A stretch of 64,000 bases of DNA from an uncultured cyanobacterium (GCA_963803805.1 CAWDOD010000002.1:32001-96000), one strand, 5' to 3'. Positions 19,927-31,423 are shown, counted from the first letter of the stretch. Program-made: numbers and translations. Notes: generated from the sequence alone by a model not told the origin.

Positions 19927-21873
19927 TTAAACTATCATCTGTCTAATTCTTAAAACTTCTGCAACACTCCAAGCCTGGGCGATACAACCTCGCGGAGTAT
20001 GGGGGAAATCACCATCAAAAATTTCACTAATTGTTCCTCTACCTGCTGTTAACAAATGTCCTGCTATTGGTTTTAGAAATTGATAAGCTTGGTTTGAGTC
20101 ATCATAAACTCTTAAATGTGCTTGAATAAAGTGTCCTATTAACCAAGCCCAGACAGTACCCTGGTGATAGGCACTATCGCGATGATATTGATCTCCTCCA
20201 TATTTGCCCTGGTATTGGGTATCACAGGGGGATAGCGATCGCAAACCATAGGGAGTAAGTAGTTTTTCTGTTACCTGATCAACCAACCTCTTTTGCTGTT
20301 TTAGTTTTAATAAAGGTTGTCCGGTTACAGGTAGAGATACAGCAAAAATTTGGTTAGGACGCAAGCTAGTATCATTTCCTTGGGGAGTATCTAACAAGTC
20401 ATAGCAATAACCTAAAGGTTCAGCCCAAAAGCGTTGAAAACCCTGCCCCGTTTTACTTGCCATTCTTTCATATTCCTGGGAAGATGTACCTAGCTTCTGG
20501 GCAAATTCTGCCATAATAATTAAAGCGTTGTACCACAAAGCATTAATTTCTACCGCCTTACCAATGCGAGGAGTAACCACCCAATCTCCCACCTTGGCAT
20601 CCATCCAAGTCAACTGTACTCCTGCAACTCCTGCATAGATTAAACCATCTTGGGAGTCGAGGTGAATGTTGTAGCGAGTACCGCGACGATGCCAGTCAAT
20701 TACTTCTGCTAAAGCAGGAAAAATTTCTGTTAGAAAAGAATTATCTTCAGTTGCTTGATAATAAGCCCGAATCGCTTCAAAGTACCAGAAAATCGCATCT
20801 ACGGTGTTGTAATGGGGTTTATTTCCCCCATCAGGGAAAACGTTGGGCAACATCCCTTGATCCAAATAATGGCTAAAGGTGCGTAAAATAGTCTTAGCAA
20901 TGTCAAAACGTCCTGTAGCAATAGTTAATCCTGGTAAGCTTATGGCAGTATCCCTGCCCCAATCACTAAACCAATGATAGCCAGCAATAATAGTTTTACC
21001 CTCTGGTTCAGCTTTGGAACTACGCCTAACAATAAATTGATCTGCTGCTAAAACAAGCTGTTCTAACCAAGGCGGTGCATTTGAAGTGTTAAGGTGAGAT
21101 GCAGAGTGCCAAATATTAAGCAGATTTTGTTCATAACAACGACGCTTAACTAAAGCTGTTTGACTATCTAAATTGGGTTGAAATTCTGTAGTAGCAATGA
21201 AGGTAAAAGATTCTCCTGGATTAAGTTTCACCTCAAAAGTTGCAGCGTGAAGATGATCTTCATGATCACACAATCCGCGATAATTTTCTAAGCTTAAATA
21301 AAAGTCTTTGTACCAATTATGGTGAATTTCTGTCTTTCCCCCATCCGTTAAAAGGTAAAACGGCACTGCATCGGGAAAAGCCGTTACACAACACCCTCCT
21401 GCCACTGCTGCAATATCCATCTTCCAATTGTTGTTATGGGTATCACCGTGATAATCGCGATAGTTAACTAATGCTTTTAAAGATAAAGATAAAGCTTCCT
21501 GCCCTTGATGAAACTGGTACTGAACATAGGTTGTATTCTTTGCCAATTCCATCCAAATCCGCTTTTCTATAACTGCCCCACCACAACTAAATGTCCAAAT
21601 AGGAGTTGTACCTTCTAGGTGAAAATTTTTAAGATGGCGATCGCCACGAGGATTTTTAATTCCTCCTAACCAACAGTTGTTAAAAAGAGGATAATCTTGG
21701 TGCTGATAGTGAATAGTTTCATCTATCTTACTAACCAAAAGTTTCCGATCTAAAGGAGGTTGCAAAGCCGCTATTAATAGACCATGATACCTACGGGTAA
21801 GTTCACCTGTCACTGTCCCGGAAGCATAACCACCAATACCGTTAGTAACTAACCATTCTTGATCATTTATCAT
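19927..21873 (-). CDS. glycogen debranching enzyme (amylo-alpha-1,6-glucosidase, GDE_N + GDE_C)
   Basis: EWLVTNGIGGYASGT, AGYHWFSDWGRD, LTWMDA, YHQGTVWAW, AQAWSVAE. Confidence 0.93.
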   Translation of the reverse strand: MINDQEWLVTNGIGGYASGTVTGELTRRYHGLLIAALQPPLDRKLLVSKIDETIHYQHQDYPLFNNCWLGGIKNPRGDRHLKNFHLEGTTPIWTFSCGGAVIEKRIWMELAKNTTYVQYQFHQGQEALSLSLKALVNYRDYHGDTHNNNWKMDIAAVAGGCCVTAFPDAVPFYLLTDGGKTEIHHNWYKDFYLSLENYRGLCDHEDHLHAATFEVKLNPGESFTFIATTEFQPNLDSQTALVKRRCYEQNLLNIWHSASHLNTSNAPPWLEQLVLAADQFIVRRSSKAEPEGKTIIAGYHWFSDWGRDTAISLPGLTIATGRFDIAKTILRTFSHYLDQGMLPNVFPDGGNKPHYNTVDAIFWYFEAIRAYYQATEDNSFLTEIFPALAEVIDWHRRGTRYNIHLDSQDGLIYAGVAGVQLTWMDAKVGDWVVTPRIGKAVEINALWYNALIIMAEFAQKLGTSSQEYERMASKTGQGFQRFWAEPLGYCYDLLDTPQGNDTSLRPNQIFAVSLPVTGQPLLKLKQQKRLVDQVTEKLLTPYGLRSLSPCDTQYQGKYGGDQYHRDSAYHQGTVWAWLIGHFIQAHLRVYDDSNQAYQFLKPIAGHLLTAGRGTISEIFDGDFPHTPRGCIAQAWSVAEVLRIRQMIV

Positions 21874-21927
21874 AGGAAATAGGCAACAGTAAAATAGAAA
21901 ACTAGCAACTAGCCATCAGGGATTATA

Positions 21928-23427
21928 TTAAAGCCAATTAAACCACATTCTTAGCTTATAACTATTAGGAGATAGGGGTAAACCGAGATAAATAGGTAGC
22001 CAGAAAATAAAAGCAATTAAAACTAAAACAATTACCCCTATACCTGCATATCTGCGTCCATACAAACCGCTGCTTAACCAACGATCTACCAACCAAGCCA
22101 AAACAAGTTGGGCAAAAACAGAAGCTGCCATATAGTGGTAAAGAAAAGTGCAACGAGAAACTTTGATCCAAGGTAATAAATTAGCCCCATAATTAAAAGC
22201 TAAATAGAGTGCTAACCAAGTTTGAGGAGTTGAAGTATACCGACCAATTCCTTCTCGAAAAAAACGTAAAATCAAAGCTAAAATTAATAATAAAATTGCC
22301 GCAGAAGATAACCACCATAAAATGGGATTTCCCATTGCATGAACATCATAAATAATTTTCCCAGTGCCAGGAGGTAAGGGAGGATGGATTGGTACTGTGT
22401 CAATTTTGTTGCTAGCAGTATGATAAAAATAAGCAACGGGACGCAGCATTAAAATCCAAGTATACCAACGAGAACAATAAGGATGAATATCAGGACCACT
22501 ACCAACTTTTTGGTGAAAAGACATGATTTCTTTTTGCATTTCCCAAAAATTTGGTTCTGGATTAAGAAGCAAGTGCGGAACCCAACTAAGACGATAGGTC
22601 AAAGCCGGAATTATGGCTAAGTACCAAGCAAAAGCCAAAAGATTAATTTGAGTTAAGTTTTGTAGAGGGGTAAAGAAAGTTTGGCTATTGAGATAATTAC
22701 GAGAATAATATTTTAGGGGATAGGGACAACGTTTTTTAATTTGAAAGTAGCGTATAATCCAAGCTGTTAACCAAAGTAGATAAATTCCTAGTAGAAAGCC
22801 CAAACCATTCCATTTAATTGCTACTGCTAAGCCAAAGAATATACCCGAAAAAGCTAAATTCAGCCAACGCTTCTGCTTGGTTGTCTTCAAAGCTAAAAGA
22901 AAGAATAATTGTCCTGATAAACCAAAAAGAACAAGATAGATATTATTCAAAGCAAAGCGAGATTCTACTAAAAATAAGCCATCGCAAGCAGCAAAAAAAG
23001 CAGCAACTAAAGCATAGCGGCGGCGACTCGTCAATTGATAGGCAACCCCAGCAATAACTAAGGGCAAAAATGATCCTACTAAGGCATTTAGCCAGCGATA
23101 GCTAAAAGTAGTTCGCAAAGAACCCAGGTAACTGTTGGTGATATCCTGACCAAAAGGAAGATGGGAACCAAGCCAAATACCGACTGCAATAATATATTGA
23201 CTTAAGGGAGGGTGGGCATTATAAACTTCATTGCCTAATAAATAGTTGTTAGCAAATACTGGGTAGTAAACTTCATCAAAGATTAAACTGTTAAATTTAC
23301 CTAGATTCCAGAAACGTAAGCAAAGAGAAAAGCCCAAAATACCGATTAGGGCGAGTTTAAACCAGATTTTTTGCAATAGCAGTTTATTTTTACCAGTTAA
23401 CATAAATTGCCTGATACCATTTATCAT
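21928..23427 (-). CDS. lipid-carrier-dependent glycosyltransferase (protein O-mannosyltransferase/PMT-like)
   Basis: FDEVYY, HPPL, ESRFALNN, KWNG, HPYCSRW, GNPILWW, FLYHY. Confidence 0.88.
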   Translation of the reverse strand: MINGIRQFMLTGKNKLLLQKIWFKLALIGILGFSLCLRFWNLGKFNSLIFDEVYYPVFANNYLLGNEVYNAHPPLSQYIIAVGIWLGSHLPFGQDITNSYLGSLRTTFSYRWLNALVGSFLPLVIAGVAYQLTSRRRYALVAAFFAACDGLFLVESRFALNNIYLVLFGLSGQLFFLLALKTTKQKRWLNLAFSGIFFGLAVAIKWNGLGFLLGIYLLWLTAWIIRYFQIKKRCPYPLKYYSRNYLNSQTFFTPLQNLTQINLLAFAWYLAIIPALTYRLSWVPHLLLNPEPNFWEMQKEIMSFHQKVGSGPDIHPYCSRWYTWILMLRPVAYFYHTASNKIDTVPIHPPLPPGTGKIIYDVHAMGNPILWWLSSAAILLLILALILRFFREGIGRYTSTPQTWLALYLAFNYGANLLPWIKVSRCTFLYHYMAASVFAQLVLAWLVDRWLSSGLYGRRYAGIGVIVLVLIAFIFWLPIYLGLPLSPNSYKLRMWFNWL

Positions 23428-23872
23428 TGACGGGGAAAGGGGAAGGGCTGGGGAGCAAAGGATAATCTTTTATAGCAAGAACTATCCCTAAATTTAATCT
23501 GGACAAAGCACTAGAGTAAAGTTAGTGAATAAAATGAGAATTATATATAGTGTTTCTTAGTCTAGGTATGTGAATTTCAATTAGCGATTAGCAAAAATTG
23601 TTCAGTATCAATATTTACAGAAAATAAATAAAAATCTGCCAGAATTTGAGGAATTCTTACAGCGAAGTTGATTTATTTCTAGTTAGAAGATATTCAAGAT
23701 CATAGAAAATTCTTAGCTTCACTGAAGAAGAATTGGTAGGCTGTCTCAGAAAATTGAAACACGTCTAGCTACAATTGTCATTATTTTGGGAGGAGACTAT
23801 AATTTTAATAAATGTTAATTTTTGTAGCTGCTACCTTACAAAAGTGTCGGCATTATGCTTTCTTAACTTTAA

Positions 23873-24448
23873 ATGAGGTTTGACCCTATGCAATCACCTG
23901 TAAAAATTGCTCAGATATCGGCTGAAGCTTTAGCAGTAGAGTTTTTTCGCCGTTCTGAAGGTGAGTGGAATTCTCAAAGACGTTACTATACCTTGAAAAA
24001 TGGAGAAGCCCAAGAAGTAGTAAGCCAGATTAAAGTTCAATTTCTTGAACAAGGCAGTTCAGAACTTATGGAATTAGCAAACTTGCATCAGCTTAAAGAT
24101 GCCAAAATGCTTGTTGGAGGAAGTAAGGTTACTTGGGAAAGTAGCTATACTGGTACAAGTCGTAAGCCTTCTGGTGGTTCAACAATTTTCGGCATATCTA
24201 ACAACACTCTATATCGCGATCGCGGCTTCGCAACAACCAAACCTGTCACTGCAACTTTCAAGTTTACTAATCCTCAAACTATGGCTTTGAGAACCGAGTA
24301 CAGTGGATCTGTGTTTGAAGAAGAACTTAAATTAATTGGCAATAGGTATCGAACCAGGCAAACAATCATTTCTCGCGCAGGGGAAGAAATTACCATCGGT
24401 CAGTATCTAGAAACGCGCATCCCCTCAAACTCCACAATTAAGCCTTAG
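23873..24448 (+). CDS. CpcS/CpeS-family phycobiliprotein lyase
   Basis: FF..SEGEWNSQRRYY, LYRDRGF, EEE..L....RTR. Start could be ATG 23888. Confidence 0.85.
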   Translation: MRFDPMQSPVKIAQISAEALAVEFFRRSEGEWNSQRRYYTLKNGEAQEVVSQIKVQFLEQGSSELMELANLHQLKDAKMLVGGSKVTWESSYTGTSRKPSGGSTIFGISNNTLYRDRGFATTKPVTATFKFTNPQTMALRTEYSGSVFEEELKLIGNRYRTRQTIISRAGEEITIGQYLETRIPSNSTIKP

Positions 24449-24460
24449 TTTGAGTACATT

Positions 24461-24504
24461 TAGAGATGCTGTTATATGTTAAACAGTGTCTCTATCTTGT
24501 TTTT
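24461..24504 (+). terminator. intrinsic terminator after lyase gene
   Basis: TAGAGATGCTGTT...AACAGTGTCTCTA followed by a T-rich tract. Confidence 0.6.
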
Positions 24505-24747
24505 GGTGCATCTACAGAAGGCTTCTCTCTATCTTAGGTATAAATTTTCAGGAAAATTTTTTCTTTCAACCTACCACTTAATGTAAGTTTACAGGTAGCG
24601 ACTGTCAAGCTATAATAAGTATATTGTTAGTACATAATATATATTAAAACTTTACACCATATGTAAGTATTTACCAGAGCAAACAAGACACTGCTTTAAA
24701 CCAAATATTTTTTCTAGTAAACCCCACCCAAGAAAGCATCTCATTCT

Positions 24748-25638
24748 ATGCGTAAATCAATTCCCGACACCATGCAAGCTTATCTTCAAGAAATAGGTCG
24801 CACACCTTTATTAAGTGCAGAGGAAGAGACAGAACTAGCGCAGAAAGTTAAGGCGATGCTGCCTCTACAGGATAAAGAAGACCTAACCAAAGAAGAAAAG
24901 CGGATTATTTATCAAGGAAACAAAGCCAAAAACCAAATGGTTAAGGCTAATCTACGCCTAGTTGTTTCCATTGCTAAGAAGTATCAAAAACGAGGTCTAA
25001 CTCTACTTGACTTGATCCAAGAAGGGACTTTGGGCTTAATCAGGGGTATTGAAAAATTTGACCCTTCCAAAGGCTACAAACTTTCTACCTATGCTTATTG
25101 GTGGATTCGCCAAGCGATGACAAGAGCGATCGCCGATCAAGGGCGTACCATTCGTTTACCAATTCATATTACAGAACAACTCAACAAGATCAAGAAAGCA
25201 AACCGTAAGCTTAATCAAGAATTGGGTAGAAAGCCCACAGAAGAAGAAATAGCTTCTCGGTTAGAGATTTCCCTCAAAAAGCTTCGTTCCATTCGCCAAG
25301 CTGCCCGTATCTCCCGCCCAGGCAGCTTAAATATGAAAATGAGGGAAGACAATCAAACTGAGTTAGAAGCCCTTCTGCCTGATGACGGGGCTTCTCCAGG
25401 AGAGATTGTTGCCAAAAGAGAATTACAATCGAAGGTTAGGGACTTACTCAAAACTCTACCAGAGAATCAACAGCAAATCATTAGTTTGCGCTTTGGCTTA
25501 GAAAACGGTAAAAAGATGACCCTAAAAGAAGTTGGTAAACGCTGCGGGGTCAGTAGAGAAAGAGTACGTCAACTTCAAGCCCAAGCAATGAGAAAATTAA
25601 GAAGGAATGCTTATCAACTTCAAGAACTAGCTGTGTAA
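24748..25638 (+). CDS. group 2-like RpoD/SigA-family sigma factor
   Basis: [47 protein letters not shown]; no region 1.1. Confidence 0.9.
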   Translation: MRKSIPDTMQAYLQEIGRTPLLSAEEETELAQKVKAMLPLQDKEDLTKEEKRIIYQGNKAKNQMVKANLRLVVSIAKKYQKRGLTLLDLIQEGTLGLIRGIEKFDPSKGYKLSTYAYWWIRQAMTRAIADQGRTIRLPIHITEQLNKIKKANRKLNQELGRKPTEEEIASRLEISLKKLRSIRQAARISRPGSLNMKMREDNQTELEALLPDDGASPGEIVAKRELQSKVRDLLKTLPENQQQIISLRFGLENGKKMTLKEVGKRCGVSRERVRQLQAQAMRKLRRNAYQLQELAV

Positions 25639-25737
25639 AACTTCTGGTATCGGCTAAGCCAAGATACTTGGCAACAATACAGATTGAACCTGTGTTTGCT
25701 ATGATTTCAACTTAGAATTTAGCATAGCAAGAGGTTC

Positions 25738-26988
25738 ATGGTGTTGCTGACAGTCTTAAGAGCTAAACAGCCTCGATTACAGTTAGTCGCTGTCATTATA
25801 TTTCTTTTGGCTGGTAGTCTTCTTCGTCTGCTTTGGGCAGCAGACATGGAATGGAAGTGGGAAGAACAATGGATGTTTCAGCAGGCACAACAAATTGCTG
25901 CGGGTGTTATCCCCCTTCCGATAGGAGGTATACAAAGTTCTATTGGCATCCCCAATCCAGGTATGGGAGTTTGGTGCTTTGCTTTAATCGCCACATTTGC
26001 CAAAGATCCGGTTTCAATGGTGAGGGGAGTACAAATATTAAATATCCTTGCTATTTGGCTCTTTTTTGGTTTTGTTATTAAAAATATTCCTAAAAGTAGC
26101 TGGAATCCTTGGTTATGGGGATTAGCGATCGCCAGTGTTAATCCTATAGCGATCATCCTTTCCCGTAAACTTTGGATACCAGATTTAATGGCCCCCTTCT
26201 GCTTTCTAATTTTTCTAGGGCATTGGTTTAGAAAGAAGTTTTGGGGCAGTTTTTTATGGGGAATAGCTGCCATATCCAGTGGGCAAATTCACATGGGAGG
26301 TTTTTTCTTAACGTTAGGACTTTTTTGTTGGACAATTTGGCATGATTACAACCAAAATACCCTCAGAAAAATAGCTTGGCGAGGCTGGTTTTTAGGAACA
26401 ATCATCGGTAGTGTTCCCTTCATACTATGGTTGTGGGAAGTATTTCCCCAAAGACAAGGTTCTCGTTCTTCTATTTTAGGAATCCTTGTACCTAAATTTT
26501 ACCTTCAATGGTTAACCGGGGCATTAGGAATTAATCTCAGTTATTCCCTCAAAAACTTTTTTTGGAGTGACTTTCTTCGTGAACCTGTCATTTTTGGCTT
26601 CCCAACTTATTTAATGATTCCCGCTCATTTATTTTTAGTTGGTATTGGTATTTATCCCTTTTATTGCTGGTTAAAATCAAGAAAATACTCATACCAAAAG
26701 AAATCTCAATTAGGTTGCTATCTCCAAGCCATTGGTTTTGGTGTCGGTGGTACATTTACCATCGCCGCAGTTAATGTTCCCCCTTACTACATAGCTGTTA
26801 TCTTTCCCTATCCTTATCTTTGGCTAGCCAAACTTTATCAAAACAAAATCAAAATACTAGTAGCGATCGCCTTGATGCAACTATTAATTAGCTTCACTTT
26901 CCTAAACTTTATTCATCGTACCGGAGGCATTCCCTTTGAAGGTTCTGGTTACGGAACTTCCTATCGATTTCAGACCAATAACAAATAA
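25738..26988 (+). CDS. integral membrane protein, probable GT-C (ArnT/GT39-like) glycosyltransferase
   Basis: LRL..DME after TM1, SS.G.P.P, SRKLW.P, QIH; many TM segments. Confidence 0.6.
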   Translation: MVLLTVLRAKQPRLQLVAVIIFLLAGSLLRLLWAADMEWKWEEQWMFQQAQQIAAGVIPLPIGGIQSSIGIPNPGMGVWCFALIATFAKDPVSMVRGVQILNILAIWLFFGFVIKNIPKSSWNPWLWGLAIASVNPIAIILSRKLWIPDLMAPFCFLIFLGHWFRKKFWGSFLWGIAAISSGQIHMGGFFLTLGLFCWTIWHDYNQNTLRKIAWRGWFLGTIIGSVPFILWLWEVFPQRQGSRSSILGILVPKFYLQWLTGALGINLSYSLKNFFWSDFLREPVIFGFPTYLMIPAHLFLVGIGIYPFYCWLKSRKYSYQKKSQLGCYLQAIGFGVGGTFTIAAVNVPPYYIAVIFPYPYLWLAKLYQNKIKILVAIALMQLLISFTFLNFIHRTGGIPFEGSGYGTSYRFQTNNK

Positions 26989-27036
26989 GTTTCTTTGTTT
27001 GTTTAAACTAGTATTAGGTTCAAACAAATCAGAAAA

Positions 27037-27912
27037 ATGCCTAAGCTTAAACAACGTCGCCCTGAAAATGTTGATGGTGACTTTTATGTAGACAGTAGCT
27101 GCATCGACTGTGATACTTGTCGTTGGATGGTTCCCCAAGTCTATCATCGAGCCGGAACTAAGTCCGCAGTATATCACCAACCTCAAAATGAAAAAGAACG
27201 GTTACAGGCGATGCAAGCCCTGTTAGCCTGTCCAACTGCTTCTATTGGTACTGTGGAAAAACCCCAGGATATCAAGCTAGCCCAACAAAGCTTTCCTATT
27301 TTAGTAACAGATAACGTTTACCACTGCGGCTATCATGCAGAAAATTCTTTTGGTGCAGCTAGCTATTTTATTCAGCGCCCAGAAGGTAATATTTTAGTAG
27401 ATTCCCCTCGCTTTGCACCACCTTTAGTTAAACGCCTTGAGGAAATGGGGGGAGTGCGTCATATGTACTTAACCCATCGGGATGACGTAGCAGATCATCA
27501 GAAATTTCATCAACATTTTGGCTGCGATCGCCTACTTCACACTGACGAAATTAATTCTGGGACAAAAGATGTAGAGATACAGCTTAAGGGCTTAAATCCA
27601 GTGCAGTTTGCCCCCGATTTACTTATCATTCCTGTTCCCGGTCATACTAAAGGTCATACAGTCTTACTCTACCAAAACAAGTTTCTTTTCACTGGCGACC
27701 ATCTGGCTTGGTCTAAGGAACTCAATCATCTTTTTGCCTTTCGTCAGGCTTGCTGGTACTCCTGGTCAGAATTAACTCACTCTATGGCAAAGTTAGCCAA
27801 TTACTCTTTTGAGTGGGTACTCCCAGGCCATGGCCGTCGCTACCATGCTGATCCAGAAACCATGAGTCAGCAAATGGAAAAATGCTTAGCTTGGATCACC
27901 AAACAAGCTTAG
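27037..27912 (+). CDS. ferredoxin-domain MBL-fold metallo-hydrolase
   Basis: CIDCDTC...CP Fe-S motif; THRDD..DH, GHT.GH, FTGDH, LPGHG. Confidence 0.88.
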   Translation: MPKLKQRRPENVDGDFYVDSSCIDCDTCRWMVPQVYHRAGTKSAVYHQPQNEKERLQAMQALLACPTASIGTVEKPQDIKLAQQSFPILVTDNVYHCGYHAENSFGAASYFIQRPEGNILVDSPRFAPPLVKRLEEMGGVRHMYLTHRDDVADHQKFHQHFGCDRLLHTDEINSGTKDVEIQLKGLNPVQFAPDLLIIPVPGHTKGHTVLLYQNKFLFTGDHLAWSKELNHLFAFRQACWYSWSELTHSMAKLANYSFEWVLPGHGRRYHADPETMSQQMEKCLAWITKQA

Positions 27913-28016
27913 GGAAGTCAATTAGAATTAGCAAGCAACTAATAATTGATTAATTGATAACTAATGCCTAACGATAACAGCAAGCCGCACACTGATAAGT
28001 GATCATTGCTCATTGA

Positions 28017-28571
28017 TTAAGCGTTACCAAAAGTAGGAATGGGACTAGAAGTAACGGGCTGTCTAAAATCTGGTAAATCAATACGAGTAGTGTGACGGCG
28101 ATTTTTTACGGCGAGGCGATAACTAACGCTTTGCAATTCAGTATGAAGCTGGCGGTTTTCTCTTTGTAAACCTTCAACTTTTTCTCGAACCGGAATCATA
28201 CGCTCAGCGAACTTGCGGCGATAAATTTGCGGTAATTCCTGAACTACTTGCTCTAACATTCTACTGCGATCGCTCAATTCTTGAACAGATTGACGTAGTT
28301 GATAAATTTCTGCGTCGCGCTCAGCAATCTGCTCTTGATAAAATTCTACCTGTTGTTCTACTTCTTGAACTTGTTCGCGCAACAGTTGCATTTCTGCTTT
28401 GTGGTGTTCAGAAATTTCTGGTTGGGGCATGAAGTTAGCATTTCCCTTTACCAGTCGAAATAGTTCTTGAGATAGCTGTTGGACTAGCTGATCTCTAAGC
28501 TGAAGTTCTTCTCGCAAACGGGAGGCTTCACTCTGCAAGGAGTTTAAGGTTGGAGTTTCAGTCTGAGTCAC
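28017..28571 (-). CDS. conserved cyanobacterial coiled-coil protein (Npun_F5560-like)
   Basis: RDQLVQQLSQELFRLVKGN, ELQSVSYRLA. Confidence 0.75.
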   Translation of the reverse strand: MTQTETPTLNSLQSEASRLREELQLRDQLVQQLSQELFRLVKGNANFMPQPEISEHHKAEMQLLREQVQEVEQQVEFYQEQIAERDAEIYQLRQSVQELSDRSRMLEQVVQELPQIYRRKFAERMIPVREKVEGLQRENRQLHTELQSVSYRLAVKNRRHTTRIDLPDFRQPVTSSPIPTFGNA

Positions 28572-28852
28572 GGCGGTTTACAGCTCCGAATATAAATGTA
28601 TGGTGTTGGTATTTAATAACAGACGATAAATAGAAGCTAGCAGATTTGATTCCTGATTGCAGCTAATTTATCATTGATTCAGAATAAATGACATCATTCT
28701 ACGGTAATTTAGTAACCTAAGCTTAAATGATATACCTAGCAATGGGCAATAATTCTTGATTGAGGATACTGAGCATTACACTAACTCTTAACCTAAACTG
28801 GATCGCCTTCTATTACTATTAAATTGGTTTTATTAAGGAAATAGTTTTAAGT

Positions 28853-30292
28853 ATGAGTGTATCGAGTAGTTCTAAAAAAATTAAATTTGGTACAGATGGT
28901 TGGCGAGGTATTATCGCTGATGATTTTACTTTCCCCAATGTTTGTAAAGTGACGCGGGCGATCGCTGCTTATTTAGAAACCGCTTATCCTAAAAGTCGTC
29001 CGGTTTTAGTTGCTTATGATCCTCGTTTTTTAGCAGACGAGTTTGCCCAGACTGCGGCGGAGATTCTTGCTGACTTGGGTTGGACAGTCAAAATTGTGGA
29101 TCGTGATTGCCCTACTCCAGTGATTGCCTATAATGCCCGCCATCTCAATTCTGCTGGTGCTTTAATGTTCACCGCTAGTCATAATCCCGCTCAATACTGC
29201 GGTATCAAGTATATTCCTGATTATGCAGGGCCCGCTACACCAGAAATCACTGATACGATTGTTGCTAATATTGAAGGTGCTTCTGACGCTCCTGCTAAGG
29301 GTAAAAACCTTGATAGAATATCAACTTTTGACCCCAAACCAGAATATTTAAAATTCATTTACAGTTTGCTTGATGTTGATAAAATTAGTAGCGCTGGGTT
29401 AAAAGTTAAGTTTGATGCCCTTTATTCTACTTCTCGCGGTTATCTTGATGAGGTTTTAGAACATTGTGGTTGTGATACAGAAAGCTTCCATACCCACCGT
29501 GACGTTCTTTTTGGTGGAGGAATGCCAGAACCCAAAGCCGATCAGTTAGAAGGTTTAGTTGAAACTGTTGTTAAAGATCAGGCTGATTTGGGTTTAGCTA
29601 CTGATGGGGATGCAGATCGTTTTGGGATTGTCGATGAGAAGGGTAATGTTCTCACCCCTAATACGGTTTTACTATTGTTAGCTCGTCACCTGATTAAAAA
29701 TAGGAACAAATCCGGTGCTATCGTCCGTACAGTAGCTACAACTCACCTTTTAGATAACTTTGCCGTTAAAAACGGTTTGGAACTGTTTGAGACTGCTGTA
29801 GGCTTCAAATATATTGGTGCTAAAATGCGGGAAACCGAGGTACTAATTGGTGGAGAAGAATCCGGTGGTTTGAGTATTATTGGCCATATTCCTGAAAAAG
29901 ATGGCATCTTAGCCGATATGTTAGTGGCAGAAGCGATCGCCTATGAAGGTAAGCCTTTATCTCAATTGGTTGAGGAAGTTATCGCCGAAGCTGACGGGCC
30001 ATTATATAATCAGCGCCTAGATTTACATCTTAATGAATCCCATAAAGCTGCTGTTTTAGAAGAGTATAAAACCAATCCTCCTGCTGAAGTTGCTGGTATT
30101 AAGGTGAAAGAAGTTGGTCGCAAAGATGGCATTAAACTATACTTAGAAGAAGGTAGTTGGGTATTGCTACGTCCTTCTGGTACAGAGCCTTTGATGCGAG
30201 TTTACATGGAAACTGATTCTCCCCAGAAGCAAACAGAAATTGCTAAATACATGGAACAGAAGATTCAACAGATGAAACCTTTAATGTCTTAA
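28853..30292 (+). CDS. phosphoglucomutase/phosphomannomutase
   Basis: FGTDGWRG, TASHNP, DGDADR, GEESGG, RPSGTEP. Confidence 0.95.
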   Translation: MSVSSSSKKIKFGTDGWRGIIADDFTFPNVCKVTRAIAAYLETAYPKSRPVLVAYDPRFLADEFAQTAAEILADLGWTVKIVDRDCPTPVIAYNARHLNSAGALMFTASHNPAQYCGIKYIPDYAGPATPEITDTIVANIEGASDAPAKGKNLDRISTFDPKPEYLKFIYSLLDVDKISSAGLKVKFDALYSTSRGYLDEVLEHCGCDTESFHTHRDVLFGGGMPEPKADQLEGLVETVVKDQADLGLATDGDADRFGIVDEKGNVLTPNTVLLLLARHLIKNRNKSGAIVRTVATTHLLDNFAVKNGLELFETAVGFKYIGAKMRETEVLIGGEESGGLSIIGHIPEKDGILADMLVAEAIAYEGKPLSQLVEEVIAEADGPLYNQRLDLHLNESHKAAVLEEYKTNPPAEVAGIKVKEVGRKDGIKLYLEEGSWVLLRPSGTEPLMRVYMETDSPQKQTEIAKYMEQKIQQMKPLMS

Positions 30293-30406
30293 ATTAAGGG
30301 AAGGGAGAGTGGAGAACGTAATAAATAATAAGTAATTAAGTTAAGAGAAGATTTTACCTATTACCTGCTTTCTACTCCCCGTTCCCTGGTTTGAAAAAAT
30401 GCTGTT

Positions 30407-30754
30407 ATGAAAGCGATTAGAAATTTACTTACTGCTTTTATTTTTGCTGCTTGGATAGCAATAATTGCTGTCTTTTCCATTCAAAATATCACCCCTGTAT
30501 CCTTAAAGTTCTTCAACTTACAAACTGTTGAAGCACCAATTGGAATTTGGTTAACTTTTAGCATCAGCATTGGCATAATTGCGGCTGTAGCTATACCAAT
30601 TATTTTCCCTCCCCCTAAAGCCAAAAAATTACCGAGATCACCCCGCAGAACATATAGTGATCGCTTTGAAGAAGATATTAATTATCAAAGGGAATTAGAG
30701 GAAGATGATCCCTTAACAGGAGATTGGGGACAAGATGGGAGAGGGGAATGGTGA
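30407..30754 (+). CDS. LapA (DUF1049)-like membrane protein
   Basis: Two TMs around FSIQN..V.LKF; acidic C-terminal tail. Confidence 0.7.
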   Translation: MKAIRNLLTAFIFAAWIAIIAVFSIQNITPVSLKFFNLQTVEAPIGIWLTFSISIGIIAAVAIPIIFPPPKAKKLPRSPRRTYSDRFEEDINYQRELEEDDPLTGDWGQDGRGEW

Positions 30755-30891
30755 TATTGGGGAGTAGGGAATAGGCAATATAGTAAGAGAGAACCAAGAA
30801 AAGACTTATCCAAAAGCGATAAGCTAATGGCTAGTTGCTAAAATCTTATACTTTGTGAGGATATTTTATTTATTGGAGTTCTCTAATTAAA

Positions 30892-31386
30892 TTATCCTCC
30901 CTGAATAACTTGCCAAAGAAAACTTAAAATTAAAACAAAAATAGTTGTTGTTAGTATGACCACTAAAGCTAGCACAGCTAATAATAGAAAGACGAACCAA
31001 CTATCAGCCTTTTCCCTACGAGTTGAAGATGCAACATGGTTTTCCAAAAGAGCGACATTTTTTAGATTAGCTTTCCAACTCGCATCAAAAATATCTCCCA
31101 CAATAGGTACAGAACCAGCAAAAGATTCAATAATAATATTCGTCACCATCCGGGTTAAAGTAGTTTTAGAAGCTCCTAAACGAGCGCCTTGGATTACGAT
31201 AAAAGCAGAGATTGCTGCACCCGCATAATCTCCAACCCCAGGTAAAAGTCCCAAAAAAGGATCTAAACCAATGCGATAAGAAGTTCCAGGGATAGTAATT
31301 GAATTATCTAAAAGGGTGCTTAAGGAACGCAAACGTTCCATAATTAGCACTTTCTCTTCAGCTTCCTGGGGAGATAATTGAGACAT
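30892..31386 (-). CDS. DUF4112 family protein
   Basis: LLD..I.IPGT..RIGLDP.LGL.PG.GD, GDIFD..WKAN. Confidence 0.85.
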   Translation of the reverse strand: MSQLSPQEAEEKVLIMERLRSLSTLLDNSITIPGTSYRIGLDPFLGLLPGVGDYAGAAISAFIVIQGARLGASKTTLTRMVTNIIIESFAGSVPIVGDIFDASWKANLKNVALLENHVASSTRREKADSWFVFLLLAVLALVVILTTTIFVLILSFLWQVIQGG

Positions 31387-31423
31387 AATAGATATCCTTA
31401 TTACTTATTACTTATTACCTACT

